54,952 nucleotides of DNA, from NCBI GenBank assembly GCA_947455285.1, contig CANGOK010000001.1, positions 1-54,952 of the forward strand. The letters run 5' to 3'. This document shows positions 8,976-17,624 of the stretch, in pieces. Each line of letters starts with the position of its first letter. The first letter of the stretch is position 1. The stretch comes from Beijerinckiaceae bacterium (GTDB lineage: Bacteria > Pseudomonadota > Alphaproteobacteria > Rhizobiales > Beijerinckiaceae). Both the position numbers and the translations under genes were made by a program. The notes beneath the pieces were generated by a model. That model searched no databases and was not told where the DNA came from. It saw only the letters and a list, made by a program, of their open reading frames with translations.

Positions 8976-10523
8976 TTGGACGACGCCATACTCTCTTTGA
9001 CGCAGCCCAAGGTTCGAGCGCTTTCGCTCGAAACCATCGGCATGACGAAAATCTTCGGTCCACTGGTCGCGCTCGATGACGTGTCGCTGAAAATCGAGGC
9101 AGGCTCGTTCCATGCCTTGCTTGGTGAGAATGGCGCCGGCAAGTCCACCTTGGTGAAATGCATCATGGGCTTTTACCAGGCCGATGGCGGTTCCTTGCTG
9201 CTCGGCGGCGGCGAGGTGAACGTGCGCAACCCGCGCGATGCGCGCGCGATGGGGCTCGGCATGGTCTATCAGCATTTCACGCTGGCCCCCTGCCTTACGG
9301 GAGCCGAAAATCTCGTCATCAGCCGCGCCGATGCGCCCACCTTCATCAATTGGGCGAGGGAGAAGAAGCGGCTCGACGCCTTTCTCGAACGCATGCCCTT
9401 CCGCGCGCCGCTCGATGTTCCCGTGTCTTCGCTTGCGGCGGGCGAGAAGCAGAAGCTCGAAATCCTCAAGCTGCTTTACCTCGACCAGCGGCTGCTCATT
9501 CTCGACGAGCCGACCTCCGTGCTCACGCCGCAGGAAGCGGACGAAATACTTGGCCTATTGCGCGGCATGACCGAGCGCAAGGAGATCACGGTCGTGATGA
9601 TCACCCACAAGTTCCGCGAAGTGACGGCGTTCGCCGACAGCCTGACTGTGCTGCGTCGCGGTCGCATGGTGGGCGCCGGCAAGGTCGCTGACATTCCTAC
9701 CGAAGAAATGGCGCGCATGATGATCGGCGACACGCAGATCGCCGCACGCGCCATACGCTCGCAAAATGCGGCTGGTGAAACCGTGCTGGAGCTGGCGGCC
9801 CTCGTGGCTAAGGGTGAAGAAGACAAGGACGTGCTCGACCGCGTGAACCTCAAGATCCGTGCCGGGGAGATCGTGGGCGTCGCGGGCGTATCGGGCAACG
9901 GCCAGTCACAGCTGGTTGAGGCTTTGTCGGGCCAGCGCGAAATCGCCGACGGGCGCATCCTCGTGCGCGGCAGACCCTTTGAGCCCACGCGCGACGCCTT
10001 CTTCAAGCTTAAGATCTTCGGCCTGCCCGAGGAACCATTGAAAAACGCCGCCGTGCCTCGCATGAGCGTAGCCGAGAACATGGCCTTCCGTAGTTTTGAC
10101 CGTCCGCCGAATGCGAAGTTCGGCTGGTGGCTGTCTGCCGCTCCCATGCGGGCGCGGGCGCGCGATCTCATCTCGCGCTATCGCGTCAAGACACAATCGC
10201 CTGACACGCCTATCGGTGATCTCTCGGGCGGCAATGTGCAGCGCGCTGTTCTCGCGCGCGAATTGTCGGACGAGGTCGATGTGCTCATCGTCGCCAATCC
10301 CTGTTTCGGACTCGATTTCGCCTCTGTCGCGGAAATTCGCGCGCAGATCATGGAGCAGCGCAATCGCGGCGCGGCGGTGCTCCTGATTTCTGAAGACCTC
10401 GATGAAATCCTTGAGCTCGCAGACCGCGTGGCGGTGATGTCGGAAGGCGCGATCTCCTATGTCGCGCCGGTCGGCGAGACGGACCGGGCCACCATTGGCA
10501 TGCATATGGCGGGGCACGCATGA
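8976..10523 (+). CDS. ABC transporter ATP-binding protein (two fused ATPase domains)
   Basis: [23 protein letters not shown] and LSGGNVQR motifs. TTG at 8976 follows GGGAGG. Confidence 0.93.
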   Translation: MDDAILSLTQPKVRALSLETIGMTKIFGPLVALDDVSLKIEAGSFHALLGENGAGKSTLVKCIMGFYQADGGSLLLGGGEVNVRNPRDARAMGLGMVYQHFTLAPCLTGAENLVISRADAPTFINWAREKKRLDAFLERMPFRAPLDVPVSSLAAGEKQKLEILKLLYLDQRLLILDEPTSVLTPQEADEILGLLRGMTERKEITVVMITHKFREVTAFADSLTVLRRGRMVGAGKVADIPTEEMARMMIGDTQIAARAIRSQNAAGETVLELAALVAKGEEDKDVLDRVNLKIRAGEIVGVAGVSGNGQSQLVEALSGQREIADGRILVRGRPFEPTRDAFFKLKIFGLPEEPLKNAAVPRMSVAENMAFRSFDRPPNAKFGWWLSAAPMRARARDLISRYRVKTQSPDTPIGDLSGGNVQRAVLARELSDEVDVLIVANPCFGLDFASVAEIRAQIMEQRNRGAAVLLISEDLDEILELADRVAVMSEGAISYVAPVGETDRATIGMHMAGHA

Positions 10524-11185
10524 CGATCGCGATTCCGGCGCAGCCCTATGCCTTCCCCTTTGCGCCCGGCCGCACGGCGCTCGTCGTCATCGACATGCAG
10601 CGCGATTTCATCGAATGCGGCGGCTTTGGCGAGTCGCTCGGCAACGATGTCACGCGCCTACAGGCCATCGTCCCCACAGTGGCGGCGCTCATCGGCTTCT
10701 TCCGCGAGAAAGGCTGGCCGATTCTCCACACGCGCGAAAGCCATCTGCCGGACCTGAGCGACTGCCCGCCCTCCAAGCGCCTGCGTGGTGGCGCGGCCAT
10801 GCGCATCGGAGACAAAGGGACTATGGGGCGGTTGCTGGTGCGCGGCGAAGCAGGCGCCTCGATCATTCCCGAATGCGCACCCTTGAGCGGAGAGATGGTG
10901 ATCGACAAGCCCGGCAAAGGCATGTTCCATGCAACCGGCTGCGAGAGCCTGTTACGTGAGGCAGGCGTCACGCATCTGGTTTTCGCTGGCGTCACCACTG
11001 AAGTCTGCGTGCAGGCCTCCATGCGTGAGGCCAATGACCGTGGCTTTGAATGCCTGCTCATCACAGACGCCACCGAAAGTTATTTTCCCAAATTCAAGGC
11101 CGCAGCCATCGAAATGATCGTGGCCCAAGGCGGCATCGTTGGTTGGGCGACGAGCTTCGGAGAGCTGAGGGAGGCGTTTGCATGA
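10520..11185 (+). CDS. trtA: Triuret hydrolase-like cysteine hydrolase
   Basis: [53 protein letters not shown] and AQGGIVGW are TrtA-type signatures. It is a paralog co-located with biuH. Confidence 0.82.
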   Translation: MTIAIPAQPYAFPFAPGRTALVVIDMQRDFIECGGFGESLGNDVTRLQAIVPTVAALIGFFREKGWPILHTRESHLPDLSDCPPSKRLRGGAAMRIGDKGTMGRLLVRGEAGASIIPECAPLSGEMVIDKPGKGMFHATGCESLLREAGVTHLVFAGVTTEVCVQASMREANDRGFECLLITDATESYFPKFKAAAIEMIVAQGGIVGWATSFGELREAFA

Positions 11186-11370
11186 GCGTGGAGATGAACG
11201 ACATCGAAGCTGTGGTGGAGACGACTGCCGCCGCGATGGGGCTGAACATTCCAACCGTTGGCAAGTCGGTCGTGGTTGAGCATCTCACGATCGCCTATGC
11301 GATGGCTGCGCTCGTTGTCGACATGCCGCTGGAGGATGAGGCGGAGCCCGCGCCGGTGTTCACGCCATGA
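11182..11370 (+). CDS. atzG: AtzG-like small subunit (DUF4089/HpxX-like)
   Basis: 62 aa ending EPAPVFTP, with ATGA overlaps to both trtA and the amidase. Confidence 0.8.
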   Translation: MSVEMNDIEAVVETTAAAMGLNIPTVGKSVVVEHLTIAYAMAALVVDMPLEDEAEPAPVFTP

Positions 11371-12767
11371 GCGCCGCGCCTTGCACACTCACTGCAGCGG
11401 AGGCCGCGGCCGCTTATCGGGCCGGCATTTTCGATGCAGAGATGTCTGTTGAGTCCGCACTGTCTCGCATCGCCGCGCATGATCCAATGCTCAACGCCTT
11501 CACCTGCATCACAGCCGCGCGCGCACGCGCGTCCGCCGCTGCGCTGGATGCGGCGCGCGCGCGCGGCGAAAGGCTAGGCCCGCTCGCTGGAGCGACCTTC
11601 GCGGTGAAGAATCTCTTCGACTTCGCTGGTGAGCCGACGCTCGCAGGCTCGAAGATCAATCGCGAGCGCGCTCCGGCAAAAGTCGATGCGACGCTCGTCA
11701 CGCGTCTTGAGGCGCAGGGAGCCATTCTGCTTGGCGCGCTCAACATGGGCGAATACGCCTACGATTTCACAGGCGAGAACGCCCATTATGGCGCCTCGCG
11801 CAATCCGCACGATCCCGAGCATATGACTGGCGGCTCCTCTGGTGGATCAGGCGCGGCGGCTGCGGCGGGCTTGGTCAATCTCACGCTGGGCTCCGACACC
11901 AATGGCTCCATTCGCGTGCCCTCGTCCTTTTGTGGTCTCTTCGGCCTTAAGCCGACCTATGGTCGCCTGTCGCGCGCAGGCAGTTTTCCCTTTGTGGCGA
12001 GCCTCGATCATCTTGGTCCCATGGCGCGCAGCGCGCTCGATCTCGCGCTGGCCTATGACGCCATGCAAGGCGAGGACGAGCATGATCCCGCACAGGCGCG
12101 CCGCCCCGTCGAACCAGCCTCAGCCCGGCTCGATCAGGGAATCGCTGGCCTACGCATCGCAGGGGCTGGCGGATACTTCGCTCGCGGCGCGGCGCCCGAA
12201 GCCTTCGCCGCCGTGGACGTGGTGGCGCATGCGCTGGGCGCCGGGCGCAGCGTGGAATTGCCTGAGGTTCATCGCGCCCGCGCGGCGGCTTATCTGATCA
12301 CCATGGCGGAAGGGGCGGCCCTGCATCACGAACGCATTCGCACGCGTCCGCTCGATTTCGATCCTGACGTGCGCGACCGCCTCATCGCCGGCGCCATGGT
12401 TCCAGGCGCATGGGTCGTGAAGGCGCAGAAGCTGCGGCGCTGGTTCCGCGATCAGGTGGCGCAAATCTTCAGGGAGGTGGACGTCATCATCGCGCCTGCA
12501 ACGCCCTGCCGCGCGCCCCGCATCGGGCAGAAGACCATTGTGCTCGACGGCGTCGAGATGGCTGTGCGGCCGAACATGGGGCTCTTCACCCAGCCGATTT
12601 CCTTCATCGGCCTGCCGGTGGTCGCGGCGCCCGTGTGGACGCCCGGCCAGCGTCTTCCCATGGCGGTGCAAATCATCGCCGCGCCATGGCGCGAGGACCT
12701 GGCGCTGCGCGTCGCACGCTGGCTGGAGCGCGAGGGCGTAGCGCAGGCGCCCGTGGCTCAACTTTGA
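11367..12767 (+). CDS. atzE: AtzE-family amidase (1-carboxybiuret hydrolase-like)
   Basis: AVKNLFD, LNMGEYAYDFTGEN, GGSSGGS and GSDTNGSIRVP amidase signature. It is flanked by atzG- and atzH-like genes. Confidence 0.88.
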   Translation: MSAAPCTLTAAEAAAAYRAGIFDAEMSVESALSRIAAHDPMLNAFTCITAARARASAAALDAARARGERLGPLAGATFAVKNLFDFAGEPTLAGSKINRERAPAKVDATLVTRLEAQGAILLGALNMGEYAYDFTGENAHYGASRNPHDPEHMTGGSSGGSGAAAAAGLVNLTLGSDTNGSIRVPSSFCGLFGLKPTYGRLSRAGSFPFVASLDHLGPMARSALDLALAYDAMQGEDEHDPAQARRPVEPASARLDQGIAGLRIAGAGGYFARGAAPEAFAAVDVVAHALGAGRSVELPEVHRARAAAYLITMAEGAALHHERIRTRPLDFDPDVRDRLIAGAMVPGAWVVKAQKLRRWFRDQVAQIFREVDVIIAPATPCRAPRIGQKTIVLDGVEMAVRPNMGLFTQPISFIGLPVVAAPVWTPGQRLPMAVQIIAAPWREDLALRVARWLEREGVAQAPVAQL

Positions 12768-12781
12768 ATGAGGGGTCGCAC

Positions 12782-13162
12782 ATGAGCGTCGAGGTGAACA
12801 TTCCCGAAATCGTCAATGAGGTCACGCGGGCCTTCGAGAGCTACAACGCCGCCATCGAGCGCGGGGATGGCGCAGCGCTCAACGCTTGTTTCTGGAACTC
12901 GCCGCTCACCGTGCGCTTCGGCCCGCGCGAACATCTCTTCGGCTATGAGGAGATCTCCACCTTCCGCACGGGCTCATGGAAGCCTGGCGCCCCGCGCGCG
13001 GTCGAGCGGCTCGCGGTGACCTCCTTCGGGCGCGACATGGCGCAGACGAGCGCCCTGTTCCGCGATGTCGAGGGCAAGATCACGCGGCAGACGCAGGTCT
13101 GGACGCGCAGGCCCGAAGGCTGGCGCATCGCCGCAGCGCATGTAAGCCCGTTTCCCGATTGA
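12782..13162 (+). CDS. atzH: AtzH/HpxZ-like protein (DUF3225, NTF2 fold)
   Basis: VNIPEIVNEV, FWNSPLTVRFG..EHLFG, RQTQVW and GWRIAAAHVS motifs. Confidence 0.82.
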   Translation: MSVEVNIPEIVNEVTRAFESYNAAIERGDGAALNACFWNSPLTVRFGPREHLFGYEEISTFRTGSWKPGAPRAVERLAVTSFGRDMAQTSALFRDVEGKITRQTQVWTRRPEGWRIAAAHVSPFPD

Positions 13163-13200
13163 GCCTGTCGCTGGCTTGTCCCCTTTTGGAAAGTAACGTC

Positions 13201-15006
13201 ATGACCCTGCCCGCCTTTCTCGATGTCGCGACCATTTCGGAGGGTTATCGCTCGGGCCGTTTGCGCGTCGAGGAAGTGGTCGAGGAAATCATCGCCCGCC
13301 GCGACGCCTGCGCCGATCCAGCGGTCTGGATCAGCCGCGTGACGGACGCCGACTTGCGCGCCCGCGCGGCCGAACTCGCTGCGAAAGGGCCCTCGCCCGC
13401 ACAGCCTCTCTGGGGCGTTCCCTTTGCGGTGAAGGACAACATCGACTGCGTCGCCCTGCCGACCACGGCGGCCTGCCCGGACTTCGCCTATGCGCCGATG
13501 GCGGATTCGACGGTCGTCGCGCGGCTCAAAGCGGCAGGCGCCATCCTAGTCGGGAAAACCAATCTCGACCAGTTCGCCACAGGCCTCAACGGCACGCGGT
13601 CACCCTATGGCGCGCCGCGTTGCGTGTTCGATGCCCGCTATGTCTCGGGCGGCTCGTCCTCCGGTTCGGCGGCAGCGGTGGGGACTGGGCTCGTCTCCTT
13701 CGCGCTAGGCACGGACACAGCGGGCTCCGGGCGCATTCCGGCGGCGTTCAACAACCTCGTAGGCCTCAAGCCCACGCGCGGCCTCGTGCCCGCAACGGGC
13801 GTCGTGCCTGCCTGCCGTTCGCTCGATTGCGTAACCGTGCTGGCCGGGACGGCGGGCGATGCGGCGCTGGTTCACGCGGTCATGCGCGGCCCCGATCCCG
13901 CCGACCCTTGGTCGCGCCCCATGGCGGCGCGCGAACTGCCCGGTCTGGGGGAGGGCCTGCGCTTCGGCGTCCTCGGCCCTGCGGAGCGCGAGTTCTTCGG
14001 AGACGCCGAAGTCGCGGCCCTCTATGACGCCGCCATCGCGCGGCTGACGGCGCTAGGGGCGAGCCCGGTCGAGATCGACTATGCGCCCTTCCGCGAGGCG
14101 GCGACGCTGCTCTACGAGGGTCCGTGGGTGGCGGAGCGGCTGGCGGCAGTCGAGGACTTCCTCGCCGATAAGCCGGACGCCTTCGACCCCACCGTGCGCG
14201 GCATCATCGAGGGCGCGCGCCGCTATAGCGCGGTCGACGCCTTCCGGGGCGTCTATGCGCTTGAAGCTTTGCGAGCCCGCACGCAACAGGAATGGGCGGG
14301 CGTCGACGTGCTGCTGCTGCCGACCGCGCCGACCATCTATACGGTCGAGGCGATGCTGGCCGATCCCGTACGGCTCAACGCCAACCTCGGCCGCTACACC
14401 AATTTCGTGAACCTGCTCGATTGCTGCGCGGTCGCGATCCCGGCCGGCTTCCGGGCGGATGGATTGCCCGGCGGCGTCACGCTTGTCGCGCCAGCCTTCT
14501 GTGACGACGCGCTGGCGGCGCTGGCGGACGATCTGCACCGCGCAGCCCCGTTCGGCATGGGCCGGGACACGACTGCCGCCCTGCCTCAGGCGAGCCGCCT
14601 CGCGGCGCCGAAGTCAGACCGGTTGGAGATCGTAGTGGTCGGCGCGCATCTGAGTGGCATGCCGCTCAATAGACAACTGACGGAAGGCGGCGGCTGGCTG
14701 GCGCGCAAGACGCGCACCGCGGCCGATTACCGAATGTTCGAGCTGCCGGGCTCGGTTCCGCCCAAGCCCGGCCTATTGCGAGAGCCTGGCTTCACGGGCC
14801 CGGGACTGGAGGTCGAGGTCTGGTCCCTATCAGCCGGAGCCTTCGGCGCATTCGTGGCGGCGATCCCGGCGCCGCTCGGCGTCGGCAAAGTGAGCCTCGA
14901 TGATGGAACCTCTGCGACCGGCTTTTTGTGTGAGCCCTACGCTCTCGTGGACGCGCCGGACATAACGAGTTTTGGCGGCTGGCGCGCGTATATAAGCCGC
15001 GGTTGA
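13201..15006 (+). CDS. atzF: Allophanate hydrolase
   Basis: AVKDNID, GKTNLDQFATGL, GGSSSGS, GTDTAGSGR and YTNFVNL, plus the C-terminal VVGAHLSGMPLN...GGWRAY domain. Confidence 0.95.
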   Translation: MTLPAFLDVATISEGYRSGRLRVEEVVEEIIARRDACADPAVWISRVTDADLRARAAELAAKGPSPAQPLWGVPFAVKDNIDCVALPTTAACPDFAYAPMADSTVVARLKAAGAILVGKTNLDQFATGLNGTRSPYGAPRCVFDARYVSGGSSSGSAAAVGTGLVSFALGTDTAGSGRIPAAFNNLVGLKPTRGLVPATGVVPACRSLDCVTVLAGTAGDAALVHAVMRGPDPADPWSRPMAARELPGLGEGLRFGVLGPAEREFFGDAEVAALYDAAIARLTALGASPVEIDYAPFREAATLLYEGPWVAERLAAVEDFLADKPDAFDPTVRGIIEGARRYSAVDAFRGVYALEALRARTQQEWAGVDVLLLPTAPTIYTVEAMLADPVRLNANLGRYTNFVNLLDCCAVAIPAGFRADGLPGGVTLVAPAFCDDALAALADDLHRAAPFGMGRDTTAALPQASRLAAPKSDRLEIVVVGAHLSGMPLNRQLTEGGGWLARKTRTAADYRMFELPGSVPPKPGLLREPGFTGPGLEVEVWSLSAGAFGAFVAAIPAPLGVGKVSLDDGTSATGFLCEPYALVDAPDITSFGGWRAYISRG

Positions 15007-15037
15007 ACGAAGGAACCTCCGGGAAAGAGGACAAGCC

Positions 15038-15982
15038 GTGAGCGCAATTCCAATCATCGATGTTTCTCCCTTGCTTTCCGGCTCGTCCGCCACCGCCGAG
15101 ACGATAGGAAAACAGATTGGCGCCGCCGCGCGGGACGTGGGCTTCTTCTATGTCGCTGGCCACGATGTTCCGCTCGCGCTCATGAATGAGGTTTTCCGTC
15201 ATGCGGCGGAATTGTTCAGCGCGCCTGCGCCAATCCGCGAGGCGGTGGCTTTCAACGGCGCCTCGAACAATCGCGGCTATATCCGGATGGGCGGAGAATC
15301 ACTCGATCCAAGCCAACCGCCAGATATGAAGGAGGCGTTCAACATCGGCCTCGAATTGGCGGCCGACGATCCTGAGATCGTCACCGGCGTTCCGTTCCGC
15401 GGCGTCAATCTCTGGCCAGACCTGCCGGAGTTTCGCGACACGATGTTGGCCTATTTCAACGCCGTGTGGAGGCTCGGCCGTGATCTGCATCGCGGCATAG
15501 CCTTTGATCTGGGCATCGCTCCCGGCTTCTTTGAAGATAAACTCGACAGGCCGATGGCGACCCTGCGGCTCCTGCATTATCCACCCGCGCCCGGCCGCTT
15601 GCAGGATGGACAACTCGGCGCCGGCGAGCATACCGATTACGGCAACCTCACCCTGCTCGTGACTGACGAGATCGGCGGGCTGATGGTGCGCGATCGATCT
15701 GGAAACTGGCTTGACGCGCCGGTCTTGCCCGGCGCTTTCATCTGCAACATCGGCGATTGCCTGATGCGCTGGTCGAATGACGTCTATGTATCGACGCCGC
15801 ACAAGGTGAATGCGCCCAAAAATGCGGACCGTTACTCGGTCGCCTTCTTTCTGGACCCCAATCCAGATGCGCTTGTCGCTTGCTTGCCATCCTGCACGGC
15901 GCCCGGCGAGACGCCGAAATACCCGCCGATCACAGGCGCGGACTTCATCCGTTCACGCCTGGAGCCGACCTTCGCCGCGTAA
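15038..15982 (+). CDS. 2-oxoglutarate/Fe(II)-dependent oxygenase (IPNS family)
   Basis: IPIIDV, GFFYVAGH, GEHTDYG, NIGDCLMRWSN, STPHKV and RYSVAFF motifs. Confidence 0.92.
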   Translation: MSAIPIIDVSPLLSGSSATAETIGKQIGAAARDVGFFYVAGHDVPLALMNEVFRHAAELFSAPAPIREAVAFNGASNNRGYIRMGGESLDPSQPPDMKEAFNIGLELAADDPEIVTGVPFRGVNLWPDLPEFRDTMLAYFNAVWRLGRDLHRGIAFDLGIAPGFFEDKLDRPMATLRLLHYPPAPGRLQDGQLGAGEHTDYGNLTLLVTDEIGGLMVRDRSGNWLDAPVLPGAFICNIGDCLMRWSNDVYVSTPHKVNAPKNADRYSVAFFLDPNPDALVACLPSCTAPGETPKYPPITGADFIRSRLEPTFAA

Positions 15983-16027
15983 TTGGCGCCTACTGGGCTT
16001 TTGTCTGGAATCAGATGACCGGAAGGC

Positions 16028-16045
16028 CCCCTGTCTCCACAGGGA
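16028..16045 (+). terminator. Possible terminator hairpin at the end of the operon
   Basis: CCCTGT-CTCC-ACAGGG stem followed shortly by an AT-rich tract. Confidence 0.4.
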
Positions 16046-16162
16046 GGTTCAGAGATTTCTTATTTAGAAAATATATACGTAATTATTTTCATTGAGTAGC
16101 GCGCCATTGAAATTTTAGCTTCTAGTGCGAAATTTTATACCTTACAAAATCATAATAAAAAA

Positions 16163-16413
16163 GCGCTTGAAAAGCCCCAACGTCTTCGCGCCTAACTCTT
16201 ATCACTGTCACGAGCGTATCAACGATCTCTCCCTGCTCATGCCTATCGCGGCAGTTCTGAGAAAATCTTGGCTGAACGCGAGAAGATCAAGCACGCGATC
16301 ATGGCAAACTGTCGCTTTCAACAGCAACTGAAATCCCCTTAGATCTAACCCGGATGAGGCAGAGCTGCCATTCGGAAATGCTCAGATTGTCTCAAATTAT
16401 CAGACAACTGACA
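16163..16413 (+). mobile_element. Degenerate right end of an IS3/IS481-type insertion sequence (transposase C-terminal remnant plus terminal repeat)
   Basis: The frameshifted translation ...HCHERINDLS/PAHAYRGSSEKILAEREKIKHAIMANCRFQQQLK resembles the YHESLNNLTPADxYFGR..ILAERERIK..T..RRLQH tail of alphaproteobacterial IS transposases. It ends in TCAGACAACTGACA, similar to the TCTGACGACGGACA termini I recall. Confidence 0.65.
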
Positions 16414-16454
16414 TTTAATTTTTAGCTTAATAGCCTGCCGGCGGCGTAAGGCGT

Positions 16455-17579
16455 TCACCGTGTCGGCGGCGCGCCTGTGTTTTTCCAACGTTGGATGCGT
16501 TTGCCTTCATAGACCTCAGTCGTAAATACGTTTCCTTTGGAGTCGATGGCGATGTTGTGGACGCCAAAGAACTGTCCGGCTTGGCGGCCGAAACGACCGT
16601 AGCGACCAACCACCTCGCCATCCTCCCGGCGCACGATGCGCATTTCGTTGTTTCCGCCATCGACCATGACAAGATGTGATTGGTCCTTGTCAGGCCACAG
16701 ATAGAGATCCCAAACCGAGCCGGAGAGGGTTTCAGGACGGTAAAAATACTCTTTTACAAAGGAGCCATCCTTGCGGAAGACCTGCAAGCGATCATTCGTG
16801 CGGTCGCAGACATAAACCAATCCGTCTCGCGCAATCTTCACGCAATGCACCGGGTTGTTGAATGTCTGTGGTACGGGGCCTGTGGGGTCGTACTCATGAC
16901 CGCCTGGATCGCTTGAGGCCGGGTTCAATTCCGGTTGGGGAATTTTGCCATAAGCGCCCCAGTGTCGCTTGTAGGCGAATGTGTCCGCATCGAAAACAAT
17001 GATGCGATGGTTCCCGTATCCATCCGCCACATAGAGCTCTTTGGCGCTTTCATCGACCCAGAAGTCGGCGGGTTGGCCGAGTTGTCCCGTGTCCTGATCG
17101 CCCTTGCGCGGGCCCGCTGCGCCAAGCTGTTTGATGAATTTTCCGTCGCGCGTGAATTTTAGAAGAAAGCCGTCATCCTTGTGATTGCCGCCAAGCAGCA
17201 CCGTGTCGCCAACGATGCGCACACCATGCTCCTGCTTGGGCCATTGATAACCAGCGCCTTCGCCGCCCCAGGCCTGGACGACATTGCCGTCGGCGTCGAA
17301 CTCAATCACCGGTGGCGCAGAAACGCAGCAGGATGCGCGCGGCGGCTTTTGCGCAGCGGCGGCTTCGAGGCGTGACAGGCTGCGCGGCCGCTGGATGATC
17401 CAGACGTGATCCTTTTCATCGACTGCGACGCCAGCCACCTGCCCCAGGGTCCAATTATTCGGCAGGGGTTTGGGCCAATAGGGATCGATCTCGAACTTCG
17501 GCGGTTCAGCGGCGCCAGACAGGGCAGGCCAGATGAAAAGAGTTAGGCCAAAAATTCCATTCAAGAGCTGTCGCGTCAT
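16455..17579 (-). CDS. Secreted NHL-repeat beta-propeller, peptidyl-alpha-hydroxyglycine lyase (PAL)-like
   Basis: Sec signal, WPKPLPNNW, YVADGYGNHRIIVFD, VHCV, YVCDRTNDRLQVF, HNIAIDSKGN motifs. Confidence 0.8.
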   Translation of the reverse strand: MTRQLLNGIFGLTLFIWPALSGAAEPPKFEIDPYWPKPLPNNWTLGQVAGVAVDEKDHVWIIQRPRSLSRLEAAAAQKPPRASCCVSAPPVIEFDADGNVVQAWGGEGAGYQWPKQEHGVRIVGDTVLLGGNHKDDGFLLKFTRDGKFIKQLGAAGPRKGDQDTGQLGQPADFWVDESAKELYVADGYGNHRIIVFDADTFAYKRHWGAYGKIPQPELNPASSDPGGHEYDPTGPVPQTFNNPVHCVKIARDGLVYVCDRTNDRLQVFRKDGSFVKEYFYRPETLSGSVWDLYLWPDKDQSHLVMVDGGNNEMRIVRREDGEVVGRYGRFGRQAGQFFGVHNIAIDSKGNVFTTEVYEGKRIQRWKNTGAPPTR

Positions 17580-17624
17580 TATAATCTGCTCCCTGATTTT
17601 GTTCGATCTAATTTTGCGCCAAAG

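Noticed and set aside
16125-16331. 68-aa ORF in the AT-rich gap
   Set aside because: Better explained as partly out-of-frame read-through of the IS remnant.
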